Origin: Eutreptiella sp. 'Long Island Sound 2002'
Lineage: Eukaryota > Protista > Euglenida
Length of the DNA stretch: 64,000 nucleotides
Assembly: GCA_964036045.1 (NCBI GenBank)
Contig: OZ038378.1
Coordinates: 166,098,001 to 166,162,000 of the forward strand
Reading direction: 5' to 3'
Shown: piece after piece, positions 1 through 11,954 of the stretch
Layout: each line of letters starts with the position of its first letter
How positions within the stretch are numbered: the first letter of the stretch is position 1
Translations under genes and position numbers: made by a program
The notes under the pieces: generated by a model
Told to the model about the DNA's origin: nothing
What the model saw: the letters and a program-made list of their open reading frames with translations, nothing else
Database searches by the model: none

Positions 1-3000
1 AAGCTGCATGTTGGCAAGGCAAGGAAGGGGTCCCCCCCCCCCCCCCCGCAGTTGTGTGCGTTTGGGGCGCTCTAGGTGGGGCAGGGAATTCATTCAAAAC
101 ACAAGTACTTTCAAAACACTCAGAATGAATGGGGGAAGTCAGAAATACCCCCAAAACCGAAAAAAAATTTGCCCCCCAACCCCACACCCGAACCCCCTGC
201 TCACACTCTGGGGGTTGATGTCCGGAATTGAACTGAACTGAACCCCCCACCCCCCCAAGTCATGTTTCTGGGCTGCACTCTGCCCGGCGAGGGTCTACGT
301 TGATGGGTCTCCCAGACTTCTGGATCGGGAATGCTCTCACTGCACATGCAATGGCTGCATATTTTAGTCGCGAGGAGGGTGTTGCATGAAGGCTTGTTGG
401 TTGCCCTGTGTACGACCGGTGCCCAGTGCTTTGGCTTTTGTGTGAACTGCTGGTATTAATCCATGTGGTTTGTGATCACGGGGAGTGGGTGCAGCTCTGT
501 GGATGAAAATGGAATGTTAGTCCAATTGCTCCCTGCGGTAGCGCGTCCACTCCCTGCTGGCGCCGGTAGGCTTGCATGCAGTCGTTCCCAAGACCGTGAC
601 GGTGATGTGGGAAGTGTACCGCAGCGCCATGAGGCGCAGGGTCTCCTAATGTTATCCCTCAGTGGTGCGCTGCAGTTCCAGACATTTTTCCCAGGGTGTT
701 GGCCGTAGCGGACGACTGCCACTTGAAAGCAAGCCGCTACGGCCAATGCAGGAGGGCTGCCTCTTATGCAGGTGGGAGCCTGACGATGATGACCCAAACA
801 ACCCCCCCAACCATCCACCCACCCACTTGCAGGGACGCCAAGGGGCAGAAGTAGCACCTGTGAGCAGAGGGACAGCTGTCCCACTGTCACTCGAGGACTT
901 CTTTTTTCTCATTGGCTTGGAACAAGCAACATGAACAATTTCTAAAACTCCAAACCAGTGCGCCAACCCAGAAGTACCAACCGGCACACTTACTCAGCCT
1001 TGATGGCAACTCCCCTGACTTGGCCTGATCCGTGGGGCCCATTGAGTACAGCATATCTGCACACAAGTTGGCATTGGGCCCAGTGCGTCACCACATGACC
1101 AGCCACAAACAGGGGTAGAACATGGAACCCCCTCTGCCAACCCCCGTCTCCCCCAAATCGGCGGCCTACTTTCGACTTTACCGATTTGCTCTGCCAATTT
1201 GTTGGCTTTCTGGATTTTGCTGATTTGTTCTGTCGAGTTGTTAGGGTTTCTGGGGCACCTGATGAGAAAAAAGGGTACAATGCTCTGAGATGTGCATCAT
1301 TTACTTTTTTTGTGTCATTAAAGTTTTTGTTAAAATGTTCATTGTTCAAGTTGACAGCATGAAGTCTTGTTACTGTGGTCCCTTGGGATTCTTTGTCTCC
1401 TGCTGATCAAACTTTTCTGTGGGACAAGCACCTTGATGCTGGTGAGGGTGCAATTTGTGACTTCTGTGTTTTCTTTGCACACCTCAGTTCAGTCTTCTCG
1501 GGTCAGTCTTCTAGGGGAGTCTTCTAGTGCTGCCACAGAGTCTGCTGCTCACCCACCCAGCACATCACAGTCAGATGGTCAAAAGGGTTCGCAAAGGATT
1601 CGCAAAACCTTCGCAACCTAAGACTAAGAAGACCCAAGAACCCCCGTGTGCTGAAAAATGGTTCAATCACAACCAGGGTTGGAAAATTCGGAAAGTACGG
1701 TCTGTATGGCAACAACGGTGTGCTGTATTGTTGACTGTGCGGGAAAGGCACGGAAGGACTCACGGACGAAGTGTGCATTTGCCTTTTTTTGTGGCAGGCT
1801 TTGTTTGTGCATGAAAAAACAGAGTTTCCATCAGGTTGACCAGTCTAAGGTAGGTAATAAAAATTTAAGCAGTGGGATATTATCGACATACCCATTTTTC
1901 ACCAAAGCAACTTGCCACTGACCTGGATCACAGTTGCAGAGCTGCTTTGGGGGAAGGCTTCACCATGCCCAGGAAGCCGCTCACCCAAGGCTTCGGATCT
2001 CAGGACACTGGGAGGCGCCTAACCACCCCAGGTACTGTTGTATTGTGGGCACCGACCGCCCTCAACGTGGGAGGTGTTCCAGAAACTTGCCTCCATGGCA
2101 TAGACTCCCCTGCTGCTCGCGCTGGCAGAGGCTTCACATGTAATCATTGCCAGACTTTGAAGCTGGGGCAATGCTGCCCACTTTCAAAGGTACTGGGGCC
2201 CCTTTTCAGAAGTGATGCTGCCACATGCCAAAGGCAGTTCTTCCCCATTTCAAACGGCACGGCTGCCCAATATGAGAGCCAATGCTACCGCATTCGAAAG
2301 GCACAGGTGCCAATCCAAGGGCATTCATGCCTAACACTGCAAGCAGTGATGCTGTATTCCGAGGCGCTGCATTTGGAATGGGACAACAGTGGGGTCGAAA
2401 TGGAAAGGCACTGCCTTCTTATTGACTGGAGATTTCCAAGACTTCACAGCACACAACTCGGGAAATCGGAGGCTGTGTGCCAATGGGTTCCAAGTGTCCA
2501 AATCTGTGCAAAATGGCAGCATTGTCTTCGGAATTGGGCAGCATGGCCATCTGAATGGAGCACCATTGCTTTTTAGAAAAAGCTGCGTGAGAGATTTTAT
2601 GGGATGCATGTGTGAGCATATGTCCTGCGACACGGCATTCGGGCTGGTGGCCTTACGGGTGCAGTATATCCACACCCCACACCCCAAAGCCAGAGCGACC
2701 CCCGCAAATCGGCAAAGAAATCCCAACAAATTGGCGGAACAAATCCTTCAAATGTAGGACCAGTGCACAGACCACTAGGGTACTACTGGCTGTGACTAAC
2801 ATGCTACTGCTCAAGGACCATATACAGACCAAGGGGTGAATTTTCTTCTCGGAAATTCAGAGACATTTGGGTTTCTGCATGACTCCAAGTGCACAACAAC
2901 CAAAAGGAAGGTGTTTTTGGGGCCTGCCTTCAAAATGTAACATATCTTTTCGCAACAGAGAGCATTGCTTTAGAAATGTGTCAGCATGGACTCAGAATGC

Positions 3001-3284
3001 AGCTCTGAATGGAGCGAACGTGGGTGCACTAGTTTTGGGTCATGGCTGCACGGCCTTCGGATCGCTGCAGCAGTATGGGGATGCCTTCAGAGGGGGCACC
3101 ACTGCATTTCAATTACGGTCCTGCCAACCACTGTTGCTTGACCTCCAGCTCCTGTGAGTTGGCCACTCAACCTCTGTCAGCCAACCATCACTACATTCTC
3201 TGCCGAAGCATTTTGGAAGAGTTTTTTTTACCCTGTCACTGCATACAGCCCCGCCTAGCCCTGCCTCCTCTTCTGGTTTCTCAG

Positions 3285-3384
3285 GCCATGCAGTTGGGAA
3301 TGCAGCTGTTGGGCTCCGCTTTTGGCGGAGGCGGCGGAGCCGGTGGAAAAGGTGGTGGCGGTGGTCAAGGCTACCAGCAACAAG
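3285..3384 (+). CDS. Metacaspase exon: Gly/Gln-rich linker
   Basis: tttctcag|gcc...caag|gtggtt; ends in phase 1 and joins 4861 in frame. Confidence 0.75.
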
Positions 3385-6300
3385 GTGGTTGCTACTTTGA
3401 TGGTCAACTAGCAGTCGCTGAAACAAGTTTTAACAGCCATTGATACGAGTGCTTAGATCATGTTCCGTTGAGTGTCTTAGTATATACAATTAAGGCTCGT
3501 GATCTACTTGGTAGAGCGCTAGGACGGTTGTCAAAATGTATCGATTCAAATCCCTGCGCAGGGTTTCATTTTGGGTCCAGCCAATACTTCCTGTGCGGTT
3601 GACACCAGAAGGGTTCATGGTCTGCCAGAGCGCAGGGATGTTGGCCTTTTACCAAGAGGCCACAGGTTTCTGCTGGAATTAAAGTTGCAGCACTGTCCTC
3701 TCATGGAAATCTAGAATTTCGCCAGCAAACATGGTCATTTAGCAGTCACTGAAAGAAGTTTTGACAGCCATTGAAGGTTAACTAAACAGTATTGCGTGTC
3801 TACACACGTACACGTTAGGTCCGTGATCTATGGCAGAGTGCGGGGATGTTCGCTGGGATGTACCGGTTCGAATTCCTGGGCAGGGCGTCATTTTTGGGTC
3901 CAGCCAGTCACTGTCTGCCTGCACCTTTGCTACTCCCTGCCCCCAGAATCCACCGACAGGACTTACAACTTATTGCCCCCGCTCCCCCCCACAGCCTTCC
4001 TGCATTAAGTCTTCAAGAACCGAGGGATCTGCCAGCTGCGGACCCTCCAGGACCGGGCAGTGCATACCGTTGCATTTTTCGGCTGTCAAGGGACGCCCAG
4101 GCCTACTTTCAGGCCAGGCAAAAATACGGTACGGGAGCGGAGGGGGGTTTCCGTGCGGGGGAAAATATGAATCTACAAATTCTGGCGCGACAAAATCTGT
4201 GCCACTTCTTAACACTGAGCGAACAAATTATGTATGGTTCCCAATAATTGCTCATGAGAAACAGTGGGCGCTTGCTGTTATTACCTGCACAAATCCTTGA
4301 AAACACCGAACAAATTGCGTACAAAATTTTCGTACAGAATTTGAATTGCAGAAATTCTAGCTTGCATAACCCCCCCCCCCCCCCGCCCCCGTACCATGGT
4401 TGTGTTCCTTCCATTGTGTGGTGGATGGAAAAAGAAACAAATGAAATACGGTTCTCATGTAGAATGACTGACCCAAGTCCACGGCATATTTTCATCCCAC
4501 CTGAGGGCATGTGGCCTACAGGGGCCCCTGCGGGGAAGGGGACGCTTCCACGCCAAACATCTGCAGCGGTCGGTGTGGCTCTGGCCCACCTCCCTTTGTG
4601 CCTGCAAACTATGTGCCTGCAGACCAAGATCTCCCACAACACGCAGTGGACCCTCACAATGTCTTGAGCAACCAAAATCAATGGTTGTGGTCAACTTTTT
4701 GACCAATTCTCCACTCATTTTGCTTGAAAACCATTCGCTGTGTCTGATAGCCCTGTCCAAATACACGTGTTTTTTTTCCCGTGGTGGTCGTTGCTCGTGT
4801 CGAGGAGAGGTTGCGGAAGGTAGCACCTGCGTGGGGGAGTGCACGTCCGCGGTCTTGCAGGATCGAAGTTTGTGGCAGCCGAAGTGATCATGTTCAGTGG
4901 ATGTGCAGATGGTCAGACTTCTGCGGACGTGGCAAATGTCAGCCAATTCGGAATGGCCCCAGGTTCCAGATGCTGTGGGCTTGGGAATGCAACGGCGACA
5001 ACACAGTGGGTGCCAGGGGGGGCTAGTGGGACGGGCAGTGCTGGGGCGGATATTGGATTTATGCAGGGGGGTGCGTGTTGAGCAGCAAATCTCGTTTCAA
5101 CGCCCTGCCCCCTGGGTGCTTCCTCCCCGCGGTGCGCACTGCTTGAAACAGGAGGACGCCAGAGATGGGTGCAATGTGTGCGAAGTGCTCTTTGGCAACT
5201 GCCAAAGCATTCCAACTGCCCTTACATGGAGGCCACACGAACGACTGTCGGTGGCCCGGACGCTAGAATTCAGAACAATTGAATATTGCATTTTCTGGAC
5301 TCAATAGGATGAAAGGATAGGGAAAGGGGGGGCTGGCTGTGACACACTGGGGACCGCACAGCTGAGGCTGCACAGTGTGTGTCACGCTGTGTGGCACCCA
5401 CTGTGTACTGTTACCGGATGTGTGACACCCATTGTATGCCACGCAGCATGCCACAGCAGAGTATTCACGTAGCACACTCCGTGTGTGGAACTGAATCCTC
5501 ATCATTTTGGGAGACAAATTATTCCTCAATGATTCTTTCAATGCTGTCGCTCAGCCCCCCCCCTCGCCCCCCTTGGGTGCCGCTTACGGACGGGCTGTGT
5601 GTGGTTCAGCGGGGGGGATCGAAAATTGTTACAAAAGCTGTGGTACTCCTTTTGAGGGGTGGAATTGCGGATGTTGTGACAGCATACACATGGTAGGATT
5701 CAAAAGGATGCGTTTTGCTGCCTCTAGGCCTGCCTAGTGGTGTCTATGGCTTGTTTGAATGCGGAATTGCTGTTTGCACTGAAAATAGGGTCCAATTCAC
5801 CTTGCAGGGGTTGCCAAATCAAAACCACCCAGGCCTACAGATATGGGAGCACACCACATTACCCCCGTTTTTGAACCGGTTCACGTATCATACCAAGGGG
5901 TGACGTTTTGTGGTTTAACTGGTTGTACAATCTATATTCTGTCGAAGTACCCGCCGATGAGTTTTGGTTGAGGCCCCCTGAGACCCTCCCCCCATCCCAA
6001 CTGAAAACCAATGTTTTAGGGGCTGGGATGGGGATCGAAACAGTCACCCCCTCTTTTTTCGATTGAAAATCGCAATTTTTTTATATCTGATTTTGAGCCA
6101 AAAAAGCATTTTCGGGTCGCAACTCCCTTGGGCTTGGTGAGGCGGATTGGGCAGTTTATGCAGTTTCAGCGATTTTTTCAGCGTTTCTGGTGGCCTTAAT
6201 GACCCTGTTGTGCCCCCCTAGAGCTGTGGGATCGGGGATGTTGTGACAGTATGCCCATGCTGGGGTGCAAACGGACATGTTTTGCAGCCTCTGGGCCTGC

Positions 6301-9300
6301 CTAGGGCCCACCATGGCTAGTGTGAGAGAAGCAAAATCACTGTTTGTACACTGCTCTCCCATCTCTCTGCCAACCCTCTGCCCACCCTCTCCCACCCTCT
6401 CCCGACCTCTCCCAACCCTCTCCCACCCCTCTCTCACCATCTTCCATGGTTAGCTGAACATTGACCTTTTGTGGCAACTACTGACGCCCCCCTTTGGGTC
6501 ATCATGTGGTGACAACGGACGTGATATCAACCCATGGTGAGCCATGTATCACCCATTGGGGCCCCTATAGTGGTGCTATTGGCCCTGAACAAGGCCCTTT
6601 TGGGCTATTTTGCGCAATGTCGGGCAAAATTTGGTTTGTTGCGGCCACTATGCGTGGATTCAGAGCCGGCCCCCAGTCGACTTTTTTCTTGTGTATGGAC
6701 CCCCTAACCAATGGCATGGGTCCCACATTCTATCTCAGTCACCCCGGATCGCCCCCCCCCCCCCCCCTTGGGGGCCCCATTGGTAAGGACTCAGCCATTG
6801 TCAGCCCAGCATGGGTCGGCTGAACCAGTGGGATTTTGGGTGACCTGGTCATCATTTGGTGACAACAAAAGTACATATAAACCCACGGGGAGCCGTGTAG
6901 CACCAATTTGGCCCACCGGTTGGTGTCCACGGGGGCCGAGTGGAGGCAAGATCAGCCAATTTGTGTAGATGCAGGGGAAACCCGTGGGCCACTTTGTGGT
7001 GTGCTTTTAGGGGCAATTGTTTGCAAGGTGGACTTGCTGACGGCAATAGAACTGTGTTTTTTGTTTAGATTGAGCTGTTGGCGGGCTTAGGAACCCTGTG
7101 GTACCCTCTCGGGATATGGGATCTTGTGACAGTGTACCCAGGGTATGATGCAAAAGCACATGTTTTGCTGCCTCTAGGCCTGCCTCATGGTGGCCGTGGC
7201 CTGTTTGAAAGCCACGGCATTGCTATTTACTACACGTACAATAGGCTCATAATTGCAATTGTTCAGACAGCGTTTTCACCGGCTCTGCGACCCATGGTAC
7301 CCCTCTAGAGGGTACTGGGGATGTTGGGGAGCCCTACCTAGGGTGGCCATGGCCCGTGCGAAAGATGCAAAATCACTGTTTCTACACTGTCTGGAGACGA
7401 ACAATGTTTCCAACTTCCTCCCCAAAACTTGAACAATTGTGCTCATCTGTACAGGGGGGGGGGAAATTCCGCGGGGGGATTTTTCCGCGGGGAAAATTCC
7501 GTATTTCAACTTGGTGCGGAATTTTCCCCTCATTTTTCGAGGGGAGGTGCGGAATTTTCCCCGTGCGGAATTTTGTCCATGTAAGCCACCGTACCACCGT
7601 ATGCCTTGTGCTTCGCCGCGCGCTCCCATTTGTTTTGTTCCCGCTCTTCTGCAGTTGTTGTCAACGAACAGGGAAGGGGGGGCAGGAAGTCGAATAATTT
7701 GTGAATGGCGGGCCACGCCATCTACAGAGGTGATCTCAGGCACAATGGTCATTGCCTTCTCCCAGGATCTTTTGGGGATCGCAATCCCAGGATCCCTTTT
7801 GCTTCCAATGCACTGAAGATTTGGGAGGTGCGGAATTTTCCCCTTGATTTTTTGGACAGGTGCGGAATTTTCCCCATGCGGAATTTTCCCCCGCGGAAAA
7901 ATCCCCGTACAGAATTTCCCCCCCCCCTGTACCAACACGCATACTTACTTCGCTTTTATGGCAACCCCCGTTCCACCACCACCGCTGGTGTTTCTTTGTC
8001 TCCTGCAGGTCCTGGAGGTGCCGGAGGGGCCTGCACAAATGCCATGATCTCTGTCTTGCAGCAGAAGCCACAGATCACCATCATCGAACTGCTGGAGGAG
8101 GTGTTTACTCTCTCCCCCAGGCCTGGCGCCAAACCACTTAACGTCTTGAGCCCTGGTGAGGACTGTGGTCCGCAGCGGCAGTAGGCCCAAGTTTTGGTGT
8201 GCAGGAATTAGAAGGCGCGAGAAAGCAGTCATCTGATGAGGAGTAAGGTACACTGGGGCAGCAGGCCCATGTTGTTCTTGTGCCAAAGGTGGAGGGTTAC
8301 AGTTTCCCTGTTGCACCTGTTTTGGAAGCTAAATACAGCAATCGTCCTGCCCTCTGACAGACAAGACGAACCGGATGATGTGCCGCCATGGCCCTACAAA
8401 CAGTGCCCTGAGAAAAGAAGTGTTGGATAGCCTGTGCTGACTACATGACGCCTGTCTGCCCGGGGTGTGGCAAGGCAGATGTGCTGCGGCATAGGAGGGT
8501 AAGCGTGCACCGTGTACACGGCTGTGGGAGTGTGTGGCGATGTTCAGGAGATGCCTCACATGCAAACCGAAGTATGTTTGCCAAGTGTGTGACAAGAGCT
8601 TCTTGAGCACATGCCCCTAGTGAGATGCGGAAAAGACGCCGCCGCCCACTCAGGGGGGGGGGGGCGGGAGACGCCAGAACTGGGAACCTGAGCCCAGAGC
8701 TGGGCTCCTTTGTTGTCCAGACTAGAATGGTCCTCTGGGCTTGTCTGTCTTGCTGATGGACTACCAGACCCGCCCATGTTGAGCGCTGGAGCAGAGATGG
8801 TGCTGGTCAGCTATGGCAAGCCATGTTGGAATGGCTCTTCCTAGGGGCCGGTCCTGATGGCATCCCCGTCGCCAGAGGGCTGGAGTCCATGGCTTTTGCC
8901 CACAGCAGGAGGTATCAGGTGCTCTTGTAGTTGGGATTACTGTGGAGACCATTGAACACTGGGCCTGTCAAATACAAAATTGATGAGGGGTGTCATTCGC
9001 AGGGGCGGCAGGCCCTGTGCAGAAACCAAGGTGTGCTGGGTAGCAGTGGCAATCTGCACCTCAGATGCCAATCAATGAGGAATGTGGCACATAGGTAAGC
9101 CTATGTTGTACCTGTACAGGGACCAAGGCATGTTGGATGGCAATTGATTGGTCCCGTGGGATTCTGCCGTGCGATGTCTCCCACAAACAGTTACACGAAA
9201 CGCAGTATGCATCTGAGAGGGGCACGCGCTTAACAATAGTTCAGCCGATACACAGTGATTTCACGTGAGCTAGAACAGTCTGATGCCAATGCAATGGCCA

Positions 9301-11954
9301 GGGCTGCAGAGTTGGCAGTGAAACAGGTGTGGCAACACAGCGGTCTTTACAACAATTGGAAAAGCGGTTGAAGGCAAATTGAGTTTGATCCGACCTCTTT
9401 GTGTGGGTATGTGGTGTTGTGCAGGCATCCATCACAGCTAGACCCAAACATGCACCTCAACTTGATGGCTGGACAGCTAGAAGGTAGTTCAGACAAAAAC
9501 ACAGTACACACTTTGCCATGTTTGACTGTTCTGACAAAAGTTTGCATATTGAGGGGGGGGCGGTACAATGACTACCTAGACCTCATTCCTATCTCCTTGA
9601 CCCTTCGGCGATAGGCAAGCCATGGTAGTGCTCCTAGATGAGCAGTCTTTTACCGTAGCATATTCAGGTGTTGGCTAACGGGGGGGGGGCTTACCTGTGA
9701 GGCCCGACCCCCCCCCCCCACCCTCCAAACCCATACTAGTGAGCAGCTGGTTCCGCAAACACCGAGGTTGAGTGTACACCGAGGAAGACATCCAGACACC
9801 AGGCAAAAACACATAGATCCTGTGTTGACCATGTCGTGCACCATGGGCTGTTTCATACAAAGGGCACTAGTGAAAATGGGCTAGGTGCCTTTCTGCAACA
9901 CTTGGATCATGGCGAATTTTTTTTGCAGAACAGATCAACCCTCCCCTTTGAGGATGCTTGCTTTTTCCCACTGCACAACAATTTGTGACATGCAACCCAC
10001 AGACAAATGTAGAGGCAAGCAGCGCTGATGCATGTCCCTGTGACGGGAGAAATCTTTTTATAACAGATATAGGGGGCGTACCGTGCGCTGTGTGCGCGCT
10101 GTGCGAAAAGTTGGCTGTTCTCCACCACCGGGAGTTCGGTAAGTTCAGAAGATTGAAAGGACGTCATTGAATGGCTGCTGCAGTGGACGGAGCTATAGGG
10201 GGCAGAATTTAGGTCCCTGGGACCCATGGCAAGCATCAGATGTTTGAATTTTTGAGTTTTGAATTAATTGTGCATGATTCCGCAGGTGGGTGGTTTTCAG
10301 GGTTGTTACCTGGATAATCACCGTAATAATTGGCGCTGTGCGCGCACTGTGCGAAAACGCCCCCATACAACACAAAAACGAAGGAAAGGCCGAAGCAGTG
10401 GAAACCCGTAGGCACCAACACCTCTACAAACAGTATTGCAAAGGGAACTGCATACGGTGCTGATGGACAGCGGACAAACGTGACTGCACAGCATCATGAA
10501 TTCGTTGTCAAGATGCACGCATACTGGTGAGGGGGTGCGTCATCCACATGGGAGTTGCTAACGGCTTTCTCCCCCAACTAACTCACTCGTGCCTAGGACA
10601 AACATGTCCCACCCTCAAACACCTACACACTTGATCACAGACTGAATCATGCCCCTATTGGATTTTGCCCCTGCTCCATCCCTCATGATATGTATGTGAC
10701 CCTGGTTGCAGATGGTTTCAGGTGTAACAAAGGAATCAAATGTGTTCCAAGACCAATGGTATTGTTCTGGCGTCAAAGAAACACGGGCTGTGTCCTTTTT
10801 TCCTTGTGCCCGACGCTGGATGCTGCACCCCCACAGCATCCACCCTCCTGTAGGCGGGTCCCCTGGTGGCAACGTAGGTTTACCCCCTCATAGCCAAGAC
10901 CCTCATCACACCTTTTCTTCAAGTGGTGTCCCCCTCAGTATGGGGAGCGAACCTTGGGCCTTGCCCTTCACCATGGAAAAGTGTGGCGCAATGTTCCCCG
11001 TCACTTTTCAGGATCGTGGTGGAAATTTTCCCGTTCGAAATTTGTGAGGACTAAGATTTTCCCGTACTAAACCCCCCACCCCTGTATCCAATTGAAACTG
11101 ATTCTGTTGTCGGGTTTGGGTGTCCAGTGTGTGCCACTTCTCCATGTCCCACAGTGAGTCTTGTGACATGCCTGCCAGAGTCTGATACAGCTGTGTGAGA
11201 CATGCCATTTATTGTCCAGTCCGAGGGGGGCGGCCTGTTCGAATTCCAGACCCCCCCCCCCCCGCCTCCCCGCCAGATCCCCCAAAGTTTGCGAACCTGT
11301 CTTTCTCCAAATTGAGATTTTGGGGGAAAGTGTTGGCGCCGAAGGCTCCGAATTTTTTTTTTGGCCTCCTGATGGGGGGGGGGTTTTTTACCCCACGTGT
11401 CTATACTCAAAATACTCAGAATTTGGTAGAGAATTCACAAATGGGTGAAAAACACACAACAAAAATTTGACCCCCGACCTGACCTCTGTGTCGGACCTTG
11501 GCTGATGGGATCCTGAGCTAATGGGCAAATTTTTCTGAAAATGGTTTTTACCCCAGTTGTGTATGTGTGTTGGGGTACCCACCGACCCCTCCTGGGGAGC
11601 CTGGCGCCTGACCAGCCGACCCACCTACCCCCCCCCCCCCCCAGACCCCCAAAAGTTTTCGCACCCGGTTGGGGTCTAGAATTCGACAAGGCCGCCCCCC
11701 TCGGTCCAGTCCATTCCCTTCCCGAGACTTCTTCTTTTTTTCCTTCAATTTTTCAGCCCTGACAACTCACGTGTGTATCTAAGTGTCACAGTCACCCCCA
11801 GAGCCCTCGGTCGCAAATGTTTCCCTTTGTGCCTTGCTCTCTGCAGATGCGGAAGATCTTGGAGCGCAAGGGATTCAAACAAGTGCCACAGCTCAGTACG
11901 TCACGTCCCATTGATATGGGCCAGCCTTTCACCTTTGGATTACTTAACCACTGA
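3285..11954 (+). CDS. Metacaspase (peptidase C14B), 3' portion; exons 3285-3384, 4861-4962, 8009-8100, 11847-11954; upstream exons with the catalytic His-Cys dyad not located
   Basis: All four exons have AG/GT borders and compatible phases (1,1,0). They join to AMQLGMQLLGSAFGGG...QQQGGSKFVAAEVIMFSGCADGQTSADVANVSQFGMAPGPGGAGGACTNAMISVLQQKPQITIIELLEEMRKILERKGFKQVPQLSTSRPIDMGQPFTFGLLNH*. SGCxDxQTSAD, GACTxA and QxPQLS are hallmark metacaspase p10 motifs. Confidence 0.92.
3494..3583 (+). mobile_element. tRNA-derived SINE-like copy 1 (degenerate A/B boxes)
   Basis: ggctcgtgatcta...tggtagagc...gattcaaatccc, followed by the tail tcattttgggtccagcca shared with the copy at 3818. Confidence 0.5.
3818..3906 (+). 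mobile_element. tRNA-derived SINE-like copy 2
   Basis: ggtccgtgatctatggcagag...ggttcgaattcc (B-box) plus the same tail tcatttttgggtccagcca. Confidence 0.55.
4861..4962 (+). CDS. Metacaspase exon (VIMFSGCADGQTSAD)
   Basis: cttgcag|ga...ccag|gttcca; conserved motif. Confidence 0.92.
7452..7929. mobile_element. Tc1/mariner-type MITE (478 bp)
   Basis: ta|cagggggggggaaatt...aatttcccccccccctg|ta: TA duplication, CAG termini, long subterminal inverted repeats built of gcggaattttccc units; lies in a metacaspase intron. Confidence 0.8.
8009..8100 (+). CDS. Metacaspase exon (GGACTNAMISVL)
   Basis: tcctgcag|gt...gag|gtgttt. Confidence 0.9.
11222..11703. mobile_element. Non-autonomous TIR element (482 bp) with 8-bp TSD
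   Basis: TSD gtccagtc at 11214-11221 and 11704-11711; TIR cgaggggggcggcc...tcgaattc versus gaattcgacaaggccgcccccctcg. Confidence 0.8.
11847..11954 (+). CDS. Metacaspase terminal exon (MRKILERKGFKQVPQLSTSRPID...*)
   Basis: ctctgcag|atg; TGA at 11952-11954. Confidence 0.9.
   Translation: MRKILERKGFKQVPQLSTSRPIDMGQPFTFGLLNH

Noticed and set aside
1872-2576. 234-aa ORF, and similar ORFs at 13075-13836 and 27167-28099
   Set aside because: No recognisable motifs, intron-like composition, non-ATG or weak starts.
1-3284. Upstream metacaspase exons (YSGHG / DCCHSG)
   Set aside because: I found no frame with the catalytic motifs and valid splice sites; they may lie before the window or have atypical borders.
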